In this document: one piece after another, positions 28,272-39,100 of the stretch
How positions within the stretch are numbered: position 1 is the first letter of the stretch
Layout of the letters: each line of letters starts with the position of its first letter
Origin: an uncultured Pseudomonadota bacterium
Lineage (GTDB): Bacteria; Pseudomonadota; Alphaproteobacteria; Rhizobiales; Beijerinckiaceae
Reading direction: 5' to 3'
Length of the DNA stretch: 64,000 bases
NCBI GenBank assembly: GCA_963807735.1
Contig: CAWEDI010000001.1
Location: forward strand, 1 to 64,000
The notes under the pieces: model-generated
The model's database searches: none
What the model saw: the letters and a program-made list of their open reading frames with translations, nothing else
What the model was told of the DNA's origin: nothing
Program-made: the position numbers and the translations under genes

Positions 28272-28367
28272 GGGAGACCTACGGGGCGAACTGGACGAAA
28301 ATGCACGCGCCGCCTTATATCGGCGCTGCGGTCGCGCATTCAACGGGCGCGCAGAAGGACGCTTCCC

Positions 28368-28973
28368 ATGATGATCCTGCGGTCTTCGTCCGCCTCGCCC
28401 TTCGCCCGAAAAGTCCGCATTGCGGCGACACTGCTCGGTATTTCCGATCAGATCGAGATCGTGCCCGCCGACACGTCGGATCCGGTTGACAACTTGCGCG
28501 CACAAAACCCGATCGGCAAGATTCCGACGCTGGTCTTGGAGGACGGTCGGGCGATCTACGACAGCGCTGTTATCCTCGAATATCTCGATTTTCTTGCTGG
28601 GGGCGGCAAAATCATTCCTTCAGGCCGCGGGCGCTTCGATGTGTTGACCCGCGCTGCACTGGCCGACGGCGTCATCGACGCCGCCATTCTCAAGGTCTAC
28701 GAGCAGCGCTGGCGCGAAGACAGCGCGCGCAGCGCGCGTTGGCTCGACCACCAGACCGGTAAGATCAATCGCGGCCTCTCCGCACTGGAGGCTACGCGGC
28801 CCGATCCCAGCCGAGCCGACGTCGCCGCCATCGCGATGGCCTCGGCGCTTGGCTACCTCGATTTGCGGTTCGCCGGCGCCTGGCGCGCCGAGCGACCACA
28901 GCTCGTCGCCTGGCTCGACGCCTTTTCCGCCGCGGTTCCGGCATTCGAGGCGACCCGGCATCGGGAAGGATAA
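28368..28973 (+). CDS. Glutathione S-transferase family protein
   Basis: SPFARKVR...NPIGKIPTLVLEDG...YDSAVILEYL. Confidence 0.85.
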   Translation: MMILRSSSASPFARKVRIAATLLGISDQIEIVPADTSDPVDNLRAQNPIGKIPTLVLEDGRAIYDSAVILEYLDFLAGGGKIIPSGRGRFDVLTRAALADGVIDAAILKVYEQRWREDSARSARWLDHQTGKINRGLSALEATRPDPSRADVAAIAMASALGYLDLRFAGAWRAERPQLVAWLDAFSAAVPAFEATRHREG

Positions 28974-28981
28974 TTGCCGCC

Positions 28982-30208
28982 ATGATCTGGGGCCAGGACG
29001 AGGCGGAAGTGGCGGCGGAAAGTTTCGACCTGCGTCGGCTGCCGGCAAAATTCTATCTCGACCCCTACCCGGTGTACCAAGCGCTACGCGAACGCTCCCC
29101 TGTCAAGCAGCTTCCCGACGGCGCTTTGTTCCTATCGCGCTATGCGGACCTGGTCGCTGTCTACAAGGACTGCGAAACTTTCTCATCCGACAAGCGCGAG
29201 GAGTTTCTCCCGAAATACGGCGACAGTCCACTTTACGAGCATCATACGACGAGTCTCGTGTTCAACGATCCTCCGTTGCATTCTAGAGTTCGAAGACTCA
29301 TCGCCGGCGCGCTGACGCCGCGCGCCATCGCCGATCTTGCGGCCGATCTCGAAGCGCTCGTCGACGACCTCATCGAGGTCATGGAGGGGCGGGAGGACGT
29401 CGATTTGATCGAGGACTTCGCCGCGAAAATCCCCGTCGAAGTCATCGGCAATCTGCTCGCGGTGCCTCGCGACGAACGTGGGCCGTTACGCAGTTGGTCA
29501 TTGGCGATTCTGGGGGCGTTGGAACCCGCGCCGGCGCCGACTGTGCTGGAAGCCGGAAACCGCGCCGTGGTGGAGATGTCGGTCTACCTTGAACGACTCG
29601 TTGCGCAACGTCGCGCGAAACCGGGCGATCCTGCGCGAGACGTTTTGACCCGGCTGCTCGCCGGCGAGGACGACGAACGGCTTAGCGTCAAAGAGCTGAT
29701 CCACAATTGCATTTTCTTACTCAATGCCGGCCACGAGACGACGACCAATTTGATCGGCAACGCGCTCGCGACGCTTTGCGCCTGGCAGGAGGAAAAGCGG
29801 CGGCTGATCGATTCGCCCGAGCTTATCGCTTCGACCGTCGAAGAGGTTTTGCGCTTCGAGAGCTCTAACCAACTCGGCAACCGCCGAGTGACACGCGAAA
29901 CGGAAATCGGTGGCGTAAGGATCGCGGCCGGCCAACTTCTGACGCTCGGGATCGGCGCAGCGAACCGCGACCCACGGCAATTTCCGGATCCGGAGCAATT
30001 CGCCGTCGCCCGGAGTCCCAATCGCCATCTCGCTTTTGCCGTCGGTCCCCATCAATGCGCAGGGCTCGCGTTGGCGCGACTTGAGGGCCGTACGGCGATC
30101 GGGCGGCTTCTACGGCGTCATCCGGGTTACCGGCTAACCCGCGAACCGACGTACGGCGGTCGTGCACGTTTCCGTGGCTTCCTCAAGCTGCCGGCGCGGC
30201 TCGCCTGA
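28982..30208 (+). CDS. Cytochrome P450
   Basis: I-helix AGHETT, EVLRFES, and haem loop FAVGPHQCAGLALA. Confidence 0.9.
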   Translation: MIWGQDEAEVAAESFDLRRLPAKFYLDPYPVYQALRERSPVKQLPDGALFLSRYADLVAVYKDCETFSSDKREEFLPKYGDSPLYEHHTTSLVFNDPPLHSRVRRLIAGALTPRAIADLAADLEALVDDLIEVMEGREDVDLIEDFAAKIPVEVIGNLLAVPRDERGPLRSWSLAILGALEPAPAPTVLEAGNRAVVEMSVYLERLVAQRRAKPGDPARDVLTRLLAGEDDERLSVKELIHNCIFLLNAGHETTTNLIGNALATLCAWQEEKRRLIDSPELIASTVEEVLRFESSNQLGNRRVTRETEIGGVRIAAGQLLTLGIGAANRDPRQFPDPEQFAVARSPNRHLAFAVGPHQCAGLALARLEGRTAIGRLLRRHPGYRLTREPTYGGRARFRGFLKLPARLA

Positions 30209-30214
30209 GAGCGG

Positions 30215-30517
30215 TCAGATATGCGTCGGATAGCCGTGGCGCGCCTCGGAGGCGTGAATCATCGCGGTGGCTTTCGCATCATTTCCGGCCGAGCAGACTT
30301 TCTCCGCCGCCTCGATCTCGCGTTTGATCTGCGCGTAGACCGATCTTGCGACATGCCCCATAGCCAGATCGTTGTCTTGAACCGCCCGGTAACGCGCGAT
30401 CTCGCCTGCGCAGCCAACGCCTCCCGGCATTTGGAAACTTGGAGGCGTGACCGGAGATTGTGCGTACCCGGCGGCGCACGAAATGACAACAAGCGCCAAC
30501 GGCGCAAAGCGCTTCAT
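30215..30517 (-). CDS. Small secreted protein or lipoprotein, unknown function
   Basis: Signal sequence MKRFAPLALVVISCAAGYA. 100 aa. Confidence 0.5.
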   Translation of the reverse strand: MKRFAPLALVVISCAAGYAQSPVTPPSFQMPGGVGCAGEIARYRAVQDNDLAMGHVARSVYAQIKREIEAAEKVCSAGNDAKATAMIHASEARHGYPTHI

Positions 30518-30627
30518 GAGGCGACTCCCAGCCGATTCGCTTCCAAAAACTTGACGTGGCGCCAGCCAGGGGTCAAGCGGTGGACTACAACGGCCAATAA
30601 GCGTGTTCGCATAGGGAGAAAACTACG

Positions 30628-31686
30628 ATGTGGGCTCTCTCCGCTCTGCCGATTATTCAGGCCCCTATGGCGGGCGTTCAGGACGACGACCTTTGCGTCG
30701 CCGTCTGTGAAGCGGGTGGCCTCGGCTCGATCCCCGCCGCTATGCTGGCGCCCGCCGCGCTTTCCGAACAGATTACGCGCGTGCGCGCTCGCACGAAAGC
30801 TCCTTTCAATGTCAACTTTTTCGCCCACAGAGACCCCGATCCCGACCCACAGTCGCTGACGCGCTGGCGTGCGCGACTTGCCCGTTACTACGCAGAATTT
30901 GGCTTGTCGTCGGACGCAGCCTCAGGCGCGACGCGTGCGCCGTTCAACAGCTCCCTTTGCGAGGTCGTTGAAGCGTTGCAACCGCCTATCGTCAGTTTCC
31001 ATTTCGGACTGCCGGAGCCGGACCTGCTCGCGAGGGTAAAGGCATGCGGGGCAAAGATTCTGGCTAACGCCACCACGGTCGCGGAAGCACGTTGGCTGGA
31101 AGCGCTCGGCGTCGATGTCGTCATCGCGCAGGGGCGAGAGGCGGGAGGACATCGCGGCCTCTTTCTGACCGATGATCTCGATGCGCAGCCCGGATTGATG
31201 GCGCTACTGCCACAGGTGGTCGACGCGGTTCGCCTTCCCGTTGTGGCCGCCGGGGCCATCGGCGACGGCCGTGGGGTGGCGGCGAGCCTGGCGCTCGGCG
31301 CGGCGGCGGCGCAGATTGGGACGGCCTATTTGCGGACGGATCAAGCGAAAACATCCGCGCTGCACCGCGCGGTTCTCGAAGAGGCCTGCGATGACGCCAC
31401 GCGCCTGACGAATCTATTCACTGGCAGGCCCGCGCGCGGACTTCTCAACCGGTTCATGCGCGAAATGGGACCGTTGTGCGCCGACACACCAGCCTTTCCG
31501 CTTGCCGCCGCTGCAGTCGCGCCACTTCGCGCTGCGGCGGAAAAAGGCGGCCGGGCCGACTTTTCGCCGCTCTGGGCCGGCGAAGCCGCCGCACTCGCAC
31601 GCGCCGAGGACGCCGGAGAGGCGACGCGGCGTTTCTGGCGCGAAGCGCAGGCGGTTTTCAGCGACTGGGCGGCAAGAGGGGCTTGA
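30628..31686 (+). CDS. Nitronate monooxygenase (NMO/2-nitropropane dioxygenase family)
   Basis: PIIQAPMAGV..., VIAQGREAGGHRG. Confidence 0.85.
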   Translation: MWALSALPIIQAPMAGVQDDDLCVAVCEAGGLGSIPAAMLAPAALSEQITRVRARTKAPFNVNFFAHRDPDPDPQSLTRWRARLARYYAEFGLSSDAASGATRAPFNSSLCEVVEALQPPIVSFHFGLPEPDLLARVKACGAKILANATTVAEARWLEALGVDVVIAQGREAGGHRGLFLTDDLDAQPGLMALLPQVVDAVRLPVVAAGAIGDGRGVAASLALGAAAAQIGTAYLRTDQAKTSALHRAVLEEACDDATRLTNLFTGRPARGLLNRFMREMGPLCADTPAFPLAAAAVAPLRAAAEKGGRADFSPLWAGEAAALARAEDAGEATRRFWREAQAVFSDWAARGA

Positions 31687-31816
31687 TGGTCAAGGACACG
31701 GCGGGCTTATGGAACATCCTCTTGCCCGTTGTAATTTCTCACCGCATCCTGACGCCGCTAACGTTCACGCGAGAAACAGGTCCGGGCTCAGAGACGACCA
31801 AGGGAGTGCGAGACCG

Positions 31817-32596
31817 ATGAGCTACAAAGATATTCTTGTCTATCTTGATCCGACGCCGGCCTCGGCGAGCCAACTCGACATTGCATTGCAAATCGCTGTC
31901 GTGGACGGCGCGCATGTGACTGGCGTCGACGCTTCGACCGACGAGGCGTTTCTCGACGACTGGCGTGATGCCGCGACCAACATTGAAAGCGCCTTTCAGG
32001 CAGCTTTGCAGGCGGCGAACGTCGCCGGCGAGTTTTACGTCGTGGGCGAACGGGGAAAATTGGCGCCGCAGGATTTCGTCATCCCCGTAGATCTCGTGAT
32101 TGCGCCCTCGCCGGCGCCAGACCATCGCAAACTTATAAATGCGGCGCTGCCGGACGAGGCAATCAAGCAGTCTGGCGCACCAGTGCTCGTGGCGCCTACC
32201 GAATGGCCGGCCGGCGTCTGGGGGAAGAGCGTTGTGATCGCTTGGAATGGTAGCCGTGAGGCGAAACGGGCGGTGCACAACGCCCTACCGATCTTGAAAC
32301 GCGCCGAAAAGACGACGATTTTCGTGTTTTCCAGCGCCGAAAGCGAATTGCGAGGCTCCGCCGACCGGCTCGTCACGCACCTTTCCCGTCACGGCGTTAT
32401 CGCACAGGTCTCCGACTGGACCCACACGGGTGACGTGACCGCAGTTGAGGCGCTGTTCGCGAGTCTCGACACTCAGACGGCCGACCTGCTCGTCGCGGGC
32501 GCGTTCGGACACTCGCGCGTGTTTGAAGGTCTGTTCGGCAGCGTCAGCCTCGACTTGCTCCGTCAACCGGTGTTGCCAGTTTTGATGTCTCACTAA
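31817..32596 (+). CDS. Universal stress protein (tandem Usp domains)
   Basis: MSYKDILVYLD... and C-terminal LLVAGAFGHSRVFEGLFGSVS. The track ORF 31502 is an upstream extension overlapping the NMO gene. Confidence 0.8.
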   Translation: MSYKDILVYLDPTPASASQLDIALQIAVVDGAHVTGVDASTDEAFLDDWRDAATNIESAFQAALQAANVAGEFYVVGERGKLAPQDFVIPVDLVIAPSPAPDHRKLINAALPDEAIKQSGAPVLVAPTEWPAGVWGKSVVIAWNGSREAKRAVHNALPILKRAEKTTIFVFSSAESELRGSADRLVTHLSRHGVIAQVSDWTHTGDVTAVEALFASLDTQTADLLVAGAFGHSRVFEGLFGSVSLDLLRQPVLPVLMSH

Positions 32597-32766
32597 GGCA
32601 TCGATTGCTCGAACCGTCGCCCTGGAGCGCCCGCTGATGTCCCATAGGCGTGCTGTGGTGGCCATCTCGCAGGCGCCGCGGCCTACTTGCGGCGCAATAA
32701 CTGCCTTGCCAGCAACTTTCACAAATCACCCAAGCGTTAACCCGCGCATCCTATAGAAACCGGATC

Positions 32767-33672
32767 GTGCGCAATCTTTGCAAAAGCGCCCTCTGCGCCT
32801 TTGTTGGCCTCGCTTTCGCGTGCGCGGCAGCGGCGGGACCGGCAGAGGACGGCTTCGCCGCGTATCGCAGAGGCGACTATGCAAAGGCTTTGTCAGTGTG
32901 GCGCCCCTACGCAGAAAACGGAAACGCCGCCGCGCAAGCCTTTCTCGGCGACCTCTACTTCAATGGACAGGGCGTGCCCCAGGATTTCAAGCAAGCGCTG
33001 TTCTGGTTCAAACTTTCCGCGGCGAAGGGCGATGCTGCAGCTCAATTTAACCTTGGAGTCGCGTCGGAATATGGGAAAGGCGAACCGAAATCGACGACGC
33101 AAGCGATGGGCTGGTACGCCAAGGCCGCGGATTCCGGCAATATCCCGGCCATGCTTTCGCTAGCGCGCCTCTATCGCGACGGCGATGGGGTCGCCCGCGA
33201 TCTGGAGTCGACGGCGCGTTGGACCGAAAAGGCGGCTAATGCCGGAGATCCGGAAGCTGAGGACGCCCTTGGCTCCCTGTTCCGATTGGGTCAGGGAGTG
33301 GAGCCCGACCTCGCCCGCGCCCGCGAGTGGTATCGCAAGGCGGCTGAGCAGGGTTACGCGGCGGCAGAAAACAATCTGGGAATGATGTATCGGCTCGGGG
33401 CGGGGGGCCCGGTGGATTACGAGCGCGCATTCGGTTGGCTACACCGCGCCGCGGACCACGGCGTCGCGGCAGCTAAGTATAATATTGGGGCAATGTATGC
33501 GTTGGGACTCGGCGCGCCCAAGGACCCGATCGAAGCTTACGCATGGTACAAAGCCGCAGTATCCGGTGATGATCCCGACACGAAATTGCAAGCCGAAAAA
33601 GCGCTGTCGCTGCTAAAGGCGGAATTGAAGCCGGATGACCTTGCGGAAGCCGAGCGCCGAGCGTCTCACTGA
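32767..33672 (+). CDS. Sel1-repeat (SLR/TPR-like) protein with signal peptide
   Basis: Repeated A(A)AQxxLGxxYxxGxGVxxDxxxAxxW units. GTG start. Confidence 0.85.
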   Translation: MRNLCKSALCAFVGLAFACAAAAGPAEDGFAAYRRGDYAKALSVWRPYAENGNAAAQAFLGDLYFNGQGVPQDFKQALFWFKLSAAKGDAAAQFNLGVASEYGKGEPKSTTQAMGWYAKAADSGNIPAMLSLARLYRDGDGVARDLESTARWTEKAANAGDPEAEDALGSLFRLGQGVEPDLARAREWYRKAAEQGYAAAENNLGMMYRLGAGGPVDYERAFGWLHRAADHGVAAAKYNIGAMYALGLGAPKDPIEAYAWYKAAVSGDDPDTKLQAEKALSLLKAELKPDDLAEAERRASH

Positions 33673-34352
33673 GAAGGCAAGCCTTTCCCCTCGCGCCACT
33701 CTTTAATCAGATTCGCCCGACGCCGCGGATAACGAACTTCCTCTAGTTCCAGCAAGGCAATCCTATCAATCCGAAAATGTCGGAAATCCTGACGCAATTC
33801 ACACCAGGCGGCCAAAACGTGCAGACGATCGAAATAGGCCAGCGCAAAGGGCCATACCGTGCGCCGGCTCGCGGCGCCTGTTTTGTCCTCATAAGCAATC
33901 GTGACCTTTTTTTCGCGCCGGATCGCCTCGCGCACCGAACCGAGATCGATGCGAGTGGCGACGGTTTCGCTGGGGCCGACGATCAGGCCGGTTGCCTCGG
34001 CTTCTGTGCGAAGTTCCTCCGGCAGCACGCTCTTGATTTTCGCGAGCGCCTTGGCGGCCGACGCGGAAAGCTCGGGGTCGCCGCGTTTGGCGACCCAGCG
34101 TGAGCCCAAAACGAGCGCTTCGATTTCTCCACGCGAGAACATGAGCGGCGGGAGCAGAAACCCCGGCTTGAGCACATAGCCGAAGCCTGCTTCGCCCTCG
34201 ATTTCAGCGCCGCGAGCGCGCAGAGCGTCGACGTCGCGATATAGAGACCGAAGGCTGACGCCCAACTCTTCCGCAAGTTTCGCCCCCGTAACCGGTCCGC
34301 GATGGCGGCGAAAAATTTCCAGAAGTTCGAGCAATCGGTCGGCGCGGGGCAT
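33666..34352 (-). CDS. YafY-family (HTH + WYL domain) transcriptional regulator
   Basis: MPRADRLLELLEIFRRHRGPVTGAKLAEELGVSLRSLYRDVDALRARG. Confidence 0.85.
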   Translation of the reverse strand: MPRADRLLELLEIFRRHRGPVTGAKLAEELGVSLRSLYRDVDALRARGAEIEGEAGFGYVLKPGFLLPPLMFSRGEIEALVLGSRWVAKRGDPELSASAAKALAKIKSVLPEELRTEAEATGLIVGPSETVATRIDLGSVREAIRREKKVTIAYEDKTGAASRRTVWPFALAYFDRLHVLAAWCELRQDFRHFRIDRIALLELEEVRYPRRRANLIKEWREGKGLPSQ

Positions 34353-34483
34353 GAAACCCTCAATTGTAGAGCGCGTTGGCGCCGCAGCAAGCCTCGCGAC
34401 GCGCAGCGCAAGAGCGCATCGCCACGAGAGCGTCTCGATTCGCGACTAAGCGAAAATTAAAATGTTGATAGGAACATCCGCCC

Positions 34484-34825
34484 ATGATTCGCTCCGGACT
34501 TGCATTCACAATTTGCGTCGTCGCTGGCGCGGCCGCGGCTCATCCCGCCATGACCGCCACCGAAACAACCATGCACGCCGCCCCAAGCGTACACGCGCGC
34601 ACGGTGCAGGCTATTCCGGCTCACGCTCAGATCGACGTCGGACAATGTGGCGATCGTTGGTGCGCGGCCTCCTGGCGCAACATCGACGGCTGGGTCCGCG
34701 TCGAGACCATCGCCGCCAACGACGCGCCGCTAGAAGGCGCACCGCCGCCTCCCTACCCTCCTGTATACGGCGGTCCCGTTATATTTGGGCCGGTGTTCGG
34801 CTTTGGCTACTACCATCGCTGGTGA
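34484..34825 (+). CDS. Secreted SH3b-like domain protein with a Pro/Gly/Tyr-rich tail
   Basis: Signal peptide. CGDRWCAASWRNIDGWV matches the bacterial SH3-like pattern. Confidence 0.6.
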   Translation: MIRSGLAFTICVVAGAAAAHPAMTATETTMHAAPSVHARTVQAIPAHAQIDVGQCGDRWCAASWRNIDGWVRVETIAANDAPLEGAPPPPYPPVYGGPVIFGPVFGFGYYHRW

Positions 34826-34832
34826 GGGCGAC

Positions 34833-35312
34833 GTGGCGGGGCCGCTTGCCTTATGGGACATCTCCGTCGCGCCCGACTGGGTCGACTACAATGGCCACAT
34901 GAACAACTCGGCGTACGCGCTGGTGTTCAGTCGCGCCGGCGATCGTTGGATGGAGCGTATCGGCTTGGGCGCCGAGGTACGGAAGGCGACGGGCTATACA
35001 CTTTATACTTTGCAAATTATGTTGCATTACTTTCGCGAGGCCAAATCCGGCGCGCCGCTGCGGGTGTTCTGCCAGCTTTTGGAGTTTGACGCCAAGCGGG
35101 CTCGCGTTTGGATGGAGATGCGTTCGCCGGCAGACGACGCACTCGTCGCCGCCACCGAGCAGCTCTACCTTTCCGTCCGGCAGGCCGAGGCGTCTCGAGC
35201 GGCCCCGTGGAGAGACGAATCCTATTCGCTGTTGCAGACGATGATGCATGAACACGCAGCGCTGCCCATTCCGCCGCAGGTTGGGCGCGGAATTTCGCTC
35301 AAGCGCGCCTGA
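34833..35312 (+). CDS. Hotdog-fold acyl-CoA thioesterase
   Basis: DYNGHMNNSAYALVF motif. Start uncertain: GTG 34833 was chosen to avoid overlap with the upstream gene. Confidence 0.7.
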   Translation: MAGPLALWDISVAPDWVDYNGHMNNSAYALVFSRAGDRWMERIGLGAEVRKATGYTLYTLQIMLHYFREAKSGAPLRVFCQLLEFDAKRARVWMEMRSPADDALVAATEQLYLSVRQAEASRAAPWRDESYSLLQTMMHEHAALPIPPQVGRGISLKRA

Positions 35313-35376
35313 CGACGTGGACAGACTGCCCCGCGGGGGCTAAACGGGCGGAAACTTTCACCAAATGAGGCGCCCG

Positions 35377-36090
35377 ATGCGTCCTTCCAAGCGCGCCGCC
35401 GACGAGATGCGGAAGGTCAGTTTCGAGCGCGGCGTCGCCCGCTATGCGGAGGGATCTTGTCTGGTCCGATTTGGGGAAACCCACGTGTTGTGCGCGGCTT
35501 CCCTCGAGGACAAACCTCCGCCGTGGCTGAGAGGGCAGGGTCGGGGCTGGGTAACGGCGGAATACGCCATGCTGCCGCGCGCGACTTCGACGCGCACCCG
35601 GCGTGAATCCGCGACGGGCAAGGTTTCGGGCCGCACGCAGGAAATCCAGCGCCTCATCGGTCGCAGCCTACGCGCTGTAGTCGACCTGCCGAAGCTCGGC
35701 GAACGTCAGATAACAATCGACTGCGACGTACTTCAGGCCGATGGCGGCACGCGTACGGCCTCGATCACCGGAGCCTATGTGGCGATGCGCGATTGCATGT
35801 CCTGGATGGCCGACCGTTCTATTCTTCGGGACATTCCCCTCAAGGATCACGTAGCCGCTGTTTCGTGTGGCGTCTACCAGGGCGAGACCGTCTTGGATCT
35901 TGACTACGCGGAAGATTCTGCCGCGGAGACGGACGCCAACTTCGTCATTACCGGCACGGGCGGATTGGTCGAAGTGCAAGGTTCCGCGGAAGGCGCGCCG
36001 TTTTCCGAGGCGCAACTCCTGGATATGTTAGCGTTGGCGAGACGCGCCGTTGCGGACCTCATCAAATTGCAAAAGACCGCGTTGGCCTGA
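35377..36090 (+). CDS. rph: Ribonuclease PH
   Basis: [39 protein letters not shown]... Confidence 0.95.
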   Translation: MRPSKRAADEMRKVSFERGVARYAEGSCLVRFGETHVLCAASLEDKPPPWLRGQGRGWVTAEYAMLPRATSTRTRRESATGKVSGRTQEIQRLIGRSLRAVVDLPKLGERQITIDCDVLQADGGTRTASITGAYVAMRDCMSWMADRSILRDIPLKDHVAAVSCGVYQGETVLDLDYAEDSAAETDANFVITGTGGLVEVQGSAEGAPFSEAQLLDMLALARRAVADLIKLQKTALA

Positions 36091-36156
36091 CCGACCTACG
36101 GACCGCCAGCGCCGCGCCAACCCGTGGCGGCGCCGATGCTCAAGTCAGACGCGCGG

Positions 36157-39100
36157 TTACTCGGCCGCCACGGCGGCGCCGCCCTGTGCCGCGAGCTCCG
36201 CCAGCGCCCGGCGGTATTCGACCGGCATAACTTTTCTGAACTTGGGCAAATAGACTTCCCAGTTCTCCAAAATATGCCGTGCACGCGTGGATTCTGTAAA
36301 GCGCGCATGATTGCCGATGAGCTGATGCAGTCGCTCGGCGTCGTGGCGACTCATGTCGCCCATCACATCAACCCTGCCGTGCGAAAGCAGGTCGCCGCCA
36401 GAATGGAGATGGCGTTGCATGACCTCCTCCTCAGCCGCGACAGGCTCCAGCTCAACCATCGACATATTGCAGCGCTCTGAGAAGTTGCCGGTTTCGTCGA
36501 GCACATAAGCTATGCCGCCGGACATTCCCGCCGCAAAATTGCGACCGGTCTCGCCGATCACTACGATCACCCCGCCGGTCATGTATTCGCAACCGTGATC
36601 GCCTGCGCCTTCCACCACCGCAATGGCGCCCGAGTTGCGCACTGCGAATCGCTCGCCAGCCACGCCGCGGAAATAACATTCGCCGGAGATAGCGCCGTAG
36701 AGCACCGTGTTGCCAACAATGATTGACCGGTCGGGCGTTAGCCTCACCGCCTCTTTCGGAGGATAGACAATGATGCGACCGCCTGACAGGCCCTTGCCGA
36801 CGTAATCATTTCCGTCTCCTTCGAGCTCTAGAGTCACGCCCTTCGCCAGGAAGGCGCCAAAACTCTGCCCAGCGGTGCCTCTGAGCTTGATGTGAATCAT
36901 CCCGTCGCGCAGTCCGGTATGGCCATAGCGGCGGGCAATCTCGCCGGACAGCATAGCCCCCGCGGAGCGGTCGGAGTTGGCGATGCGCATATCGAGTCGT
37001 ATGTGCTTGCCCGACTCCAGCGCATCCTTGGCCTGCGCGATGAACTTCCGGTCCAGCACGTTTTCGAGCTGATGGTCCTGGCTGGTCGCGTGATAGATCC
37101 CGTCGCTTGGCCAGGGCTCAGGCTTATAGAAAAGTTTGGAGAAATCGAGACCCTTCGCCTTGGCCCGCTCGATCAGGTTTGTTTTGTCGAGCATTTGGCG
37201 TTGCCCGACTATTTCATTAAACGAGCGATATCCAAGCAAAGCCATTAACTCGCGCACTTCTTCGGCGACGAAAAAGAAGAAGTTGATGACATGTTCGGGC
37301 TGGCCGACAAAACGCTTGCGCAGAACCGGATCCTGCGTGGCGACGCCTACGGGGCAAGTGTTGAGATGACACTTGCGCATCATGATGCAGCCGGCGGCGA
37401 TCAGCGGCGCCGTGGCGAACCCGAACTCGTCGGCGCCGAGCAGCGCTCCGATCACAACATCTCGGCCCGTCCGCACGCCGCCATCGACCTGAACGGCGAT
37501 TCGCGCGCGAAGACCATTCATGACCAACGTCTGATGCGTCTCGGCAAGGCCGATCTCCCACGGCGAACCAGCGTGTTTGATCGAGGTCAACGGCGAGGCG
37601 CCCGTCCCCCCCTCGTAACCGGAGATCGTTACGTGGTCGGACTTGCACTTGGCGACGCCCGCTGCGACCGTGCCGACCCCAACCTCGGAGACCAGTTTGA
37701 CTGACACTAGCGCCTGCGGGTTCACGTTCTTCAGATCGTAGACCAGCTGCTTCAAGTCCTCGATTGAATAGATGTCGTGATGCGGGGGCGGTGAGATGAG
37801 GCCGACGCCCTGCGTCGAGTGGCGCACCTTGGCGATAACCGCGTCGACCTTGTGACCAGGCAATTGGCCGCCTTCACCGGGCTTTGCGCCCTGCGCCATC
37901 TTGATCTGCATCATATCGGAGTTGACGAGATATTCCGCCGTCACACCGAACCGACCCGACGCCACCTGCTTGATGGCGCTACGCATAGAATCGCCATTCG
38001 CCATCCGCTTGTAGCGGTCGCTCTCCTCGCCGCCTTCGCCGGTGTTCGATTTGCCGCCGATGCGGTTCATCGCAATCGCCAGCGTTGTGTGCGCCTCGCG
38101 GGAGATCGAGCCGTAAGACATGGCCCCGGTCGAAAAGCGCTTGACGATATCGACTGCAGACTCGACCTCATTGATCGGCACGGGCTTGCGACCGTCCTCA
38201 TCCGCCGATTTGATCCGGAAAAGCCCTCGGATGGTCAAGAGCTGCTCCGACTGGTCGTTCAGCAGCTTGACGTATGCGTCATATTTATCCCGTGCATTGC
38301 CGCGCACCGCGTGCTGCAACAACGCGACAGTTTGCGGCGACCAATTATGCGCTTCACCTCGCAGGCGGTAAGCGTATTCGCCACCAACCTCCAGGGCGCC
38401 TCGCAGAACTGGGGAGTCTCCGAACGCATCACGATGACGCCGCGTCGTCTCGCCCGCGACATCTAGCAAGCCGACGCCTTCTATGGTTGTCGCTGTGCCG
38501 AAGAAGAACTTGTCGACAAACGCCTTCGACAGCCCGATTGCATCGAAAATCTGCGCGCCGCAATAGGACTGATACGTCGAGATGCCCATCTTGGACATCA
38601 CCTTCAGCAGCCCCTTGTCGATAGACTTTATGAAGCGCTTGACGACCTCGTGAGCCGAGATCTTCTCGGGCAAATCTCCCGCCATCGCCGCCAGCGTCTC
38701 GAACGCGAGATATGGATTGATCGCCTCCGCGCCATAGCCGGCAAGGCAGCAGAAATGATGCACCTCACGCGCGTCGCCCGTTTCGACGACAAGGCCGACC
38801 GACGTGCGCAGGCCCTTGCGGATCAGATGATGATGCACGGCGGCGGTCGCAAGCAGCGACGGGATCGGGATACGGTCCGGGCCAACCATGCGATCGCTCA
38901 AGATGATGATGTTGTAGCGACCGACGACAGCGGATTCTGCGCGCTCGCAGATGCGCAGGAGCGCATCCTCCATGCCCGCCGCGCCGCGGCCGACGTCGTA
39001 AGTGATGTCGATCGTTTTGGTGTCGAAGGAATCCTCGAAATGGCCAATGCAGCGAATCTTCTCAAGGTCTTCATTGGTGAGGATAGGTTGGCGCACCTCC

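Noticed and set aside
36091-36156. Intrinsic terminator between rph and gltB.
   Set aside because: Only a 6-bp stem (CGCCGC/GCGGCG) with a 12-nt loop and no U-tract on either strand, which is too weak to call.
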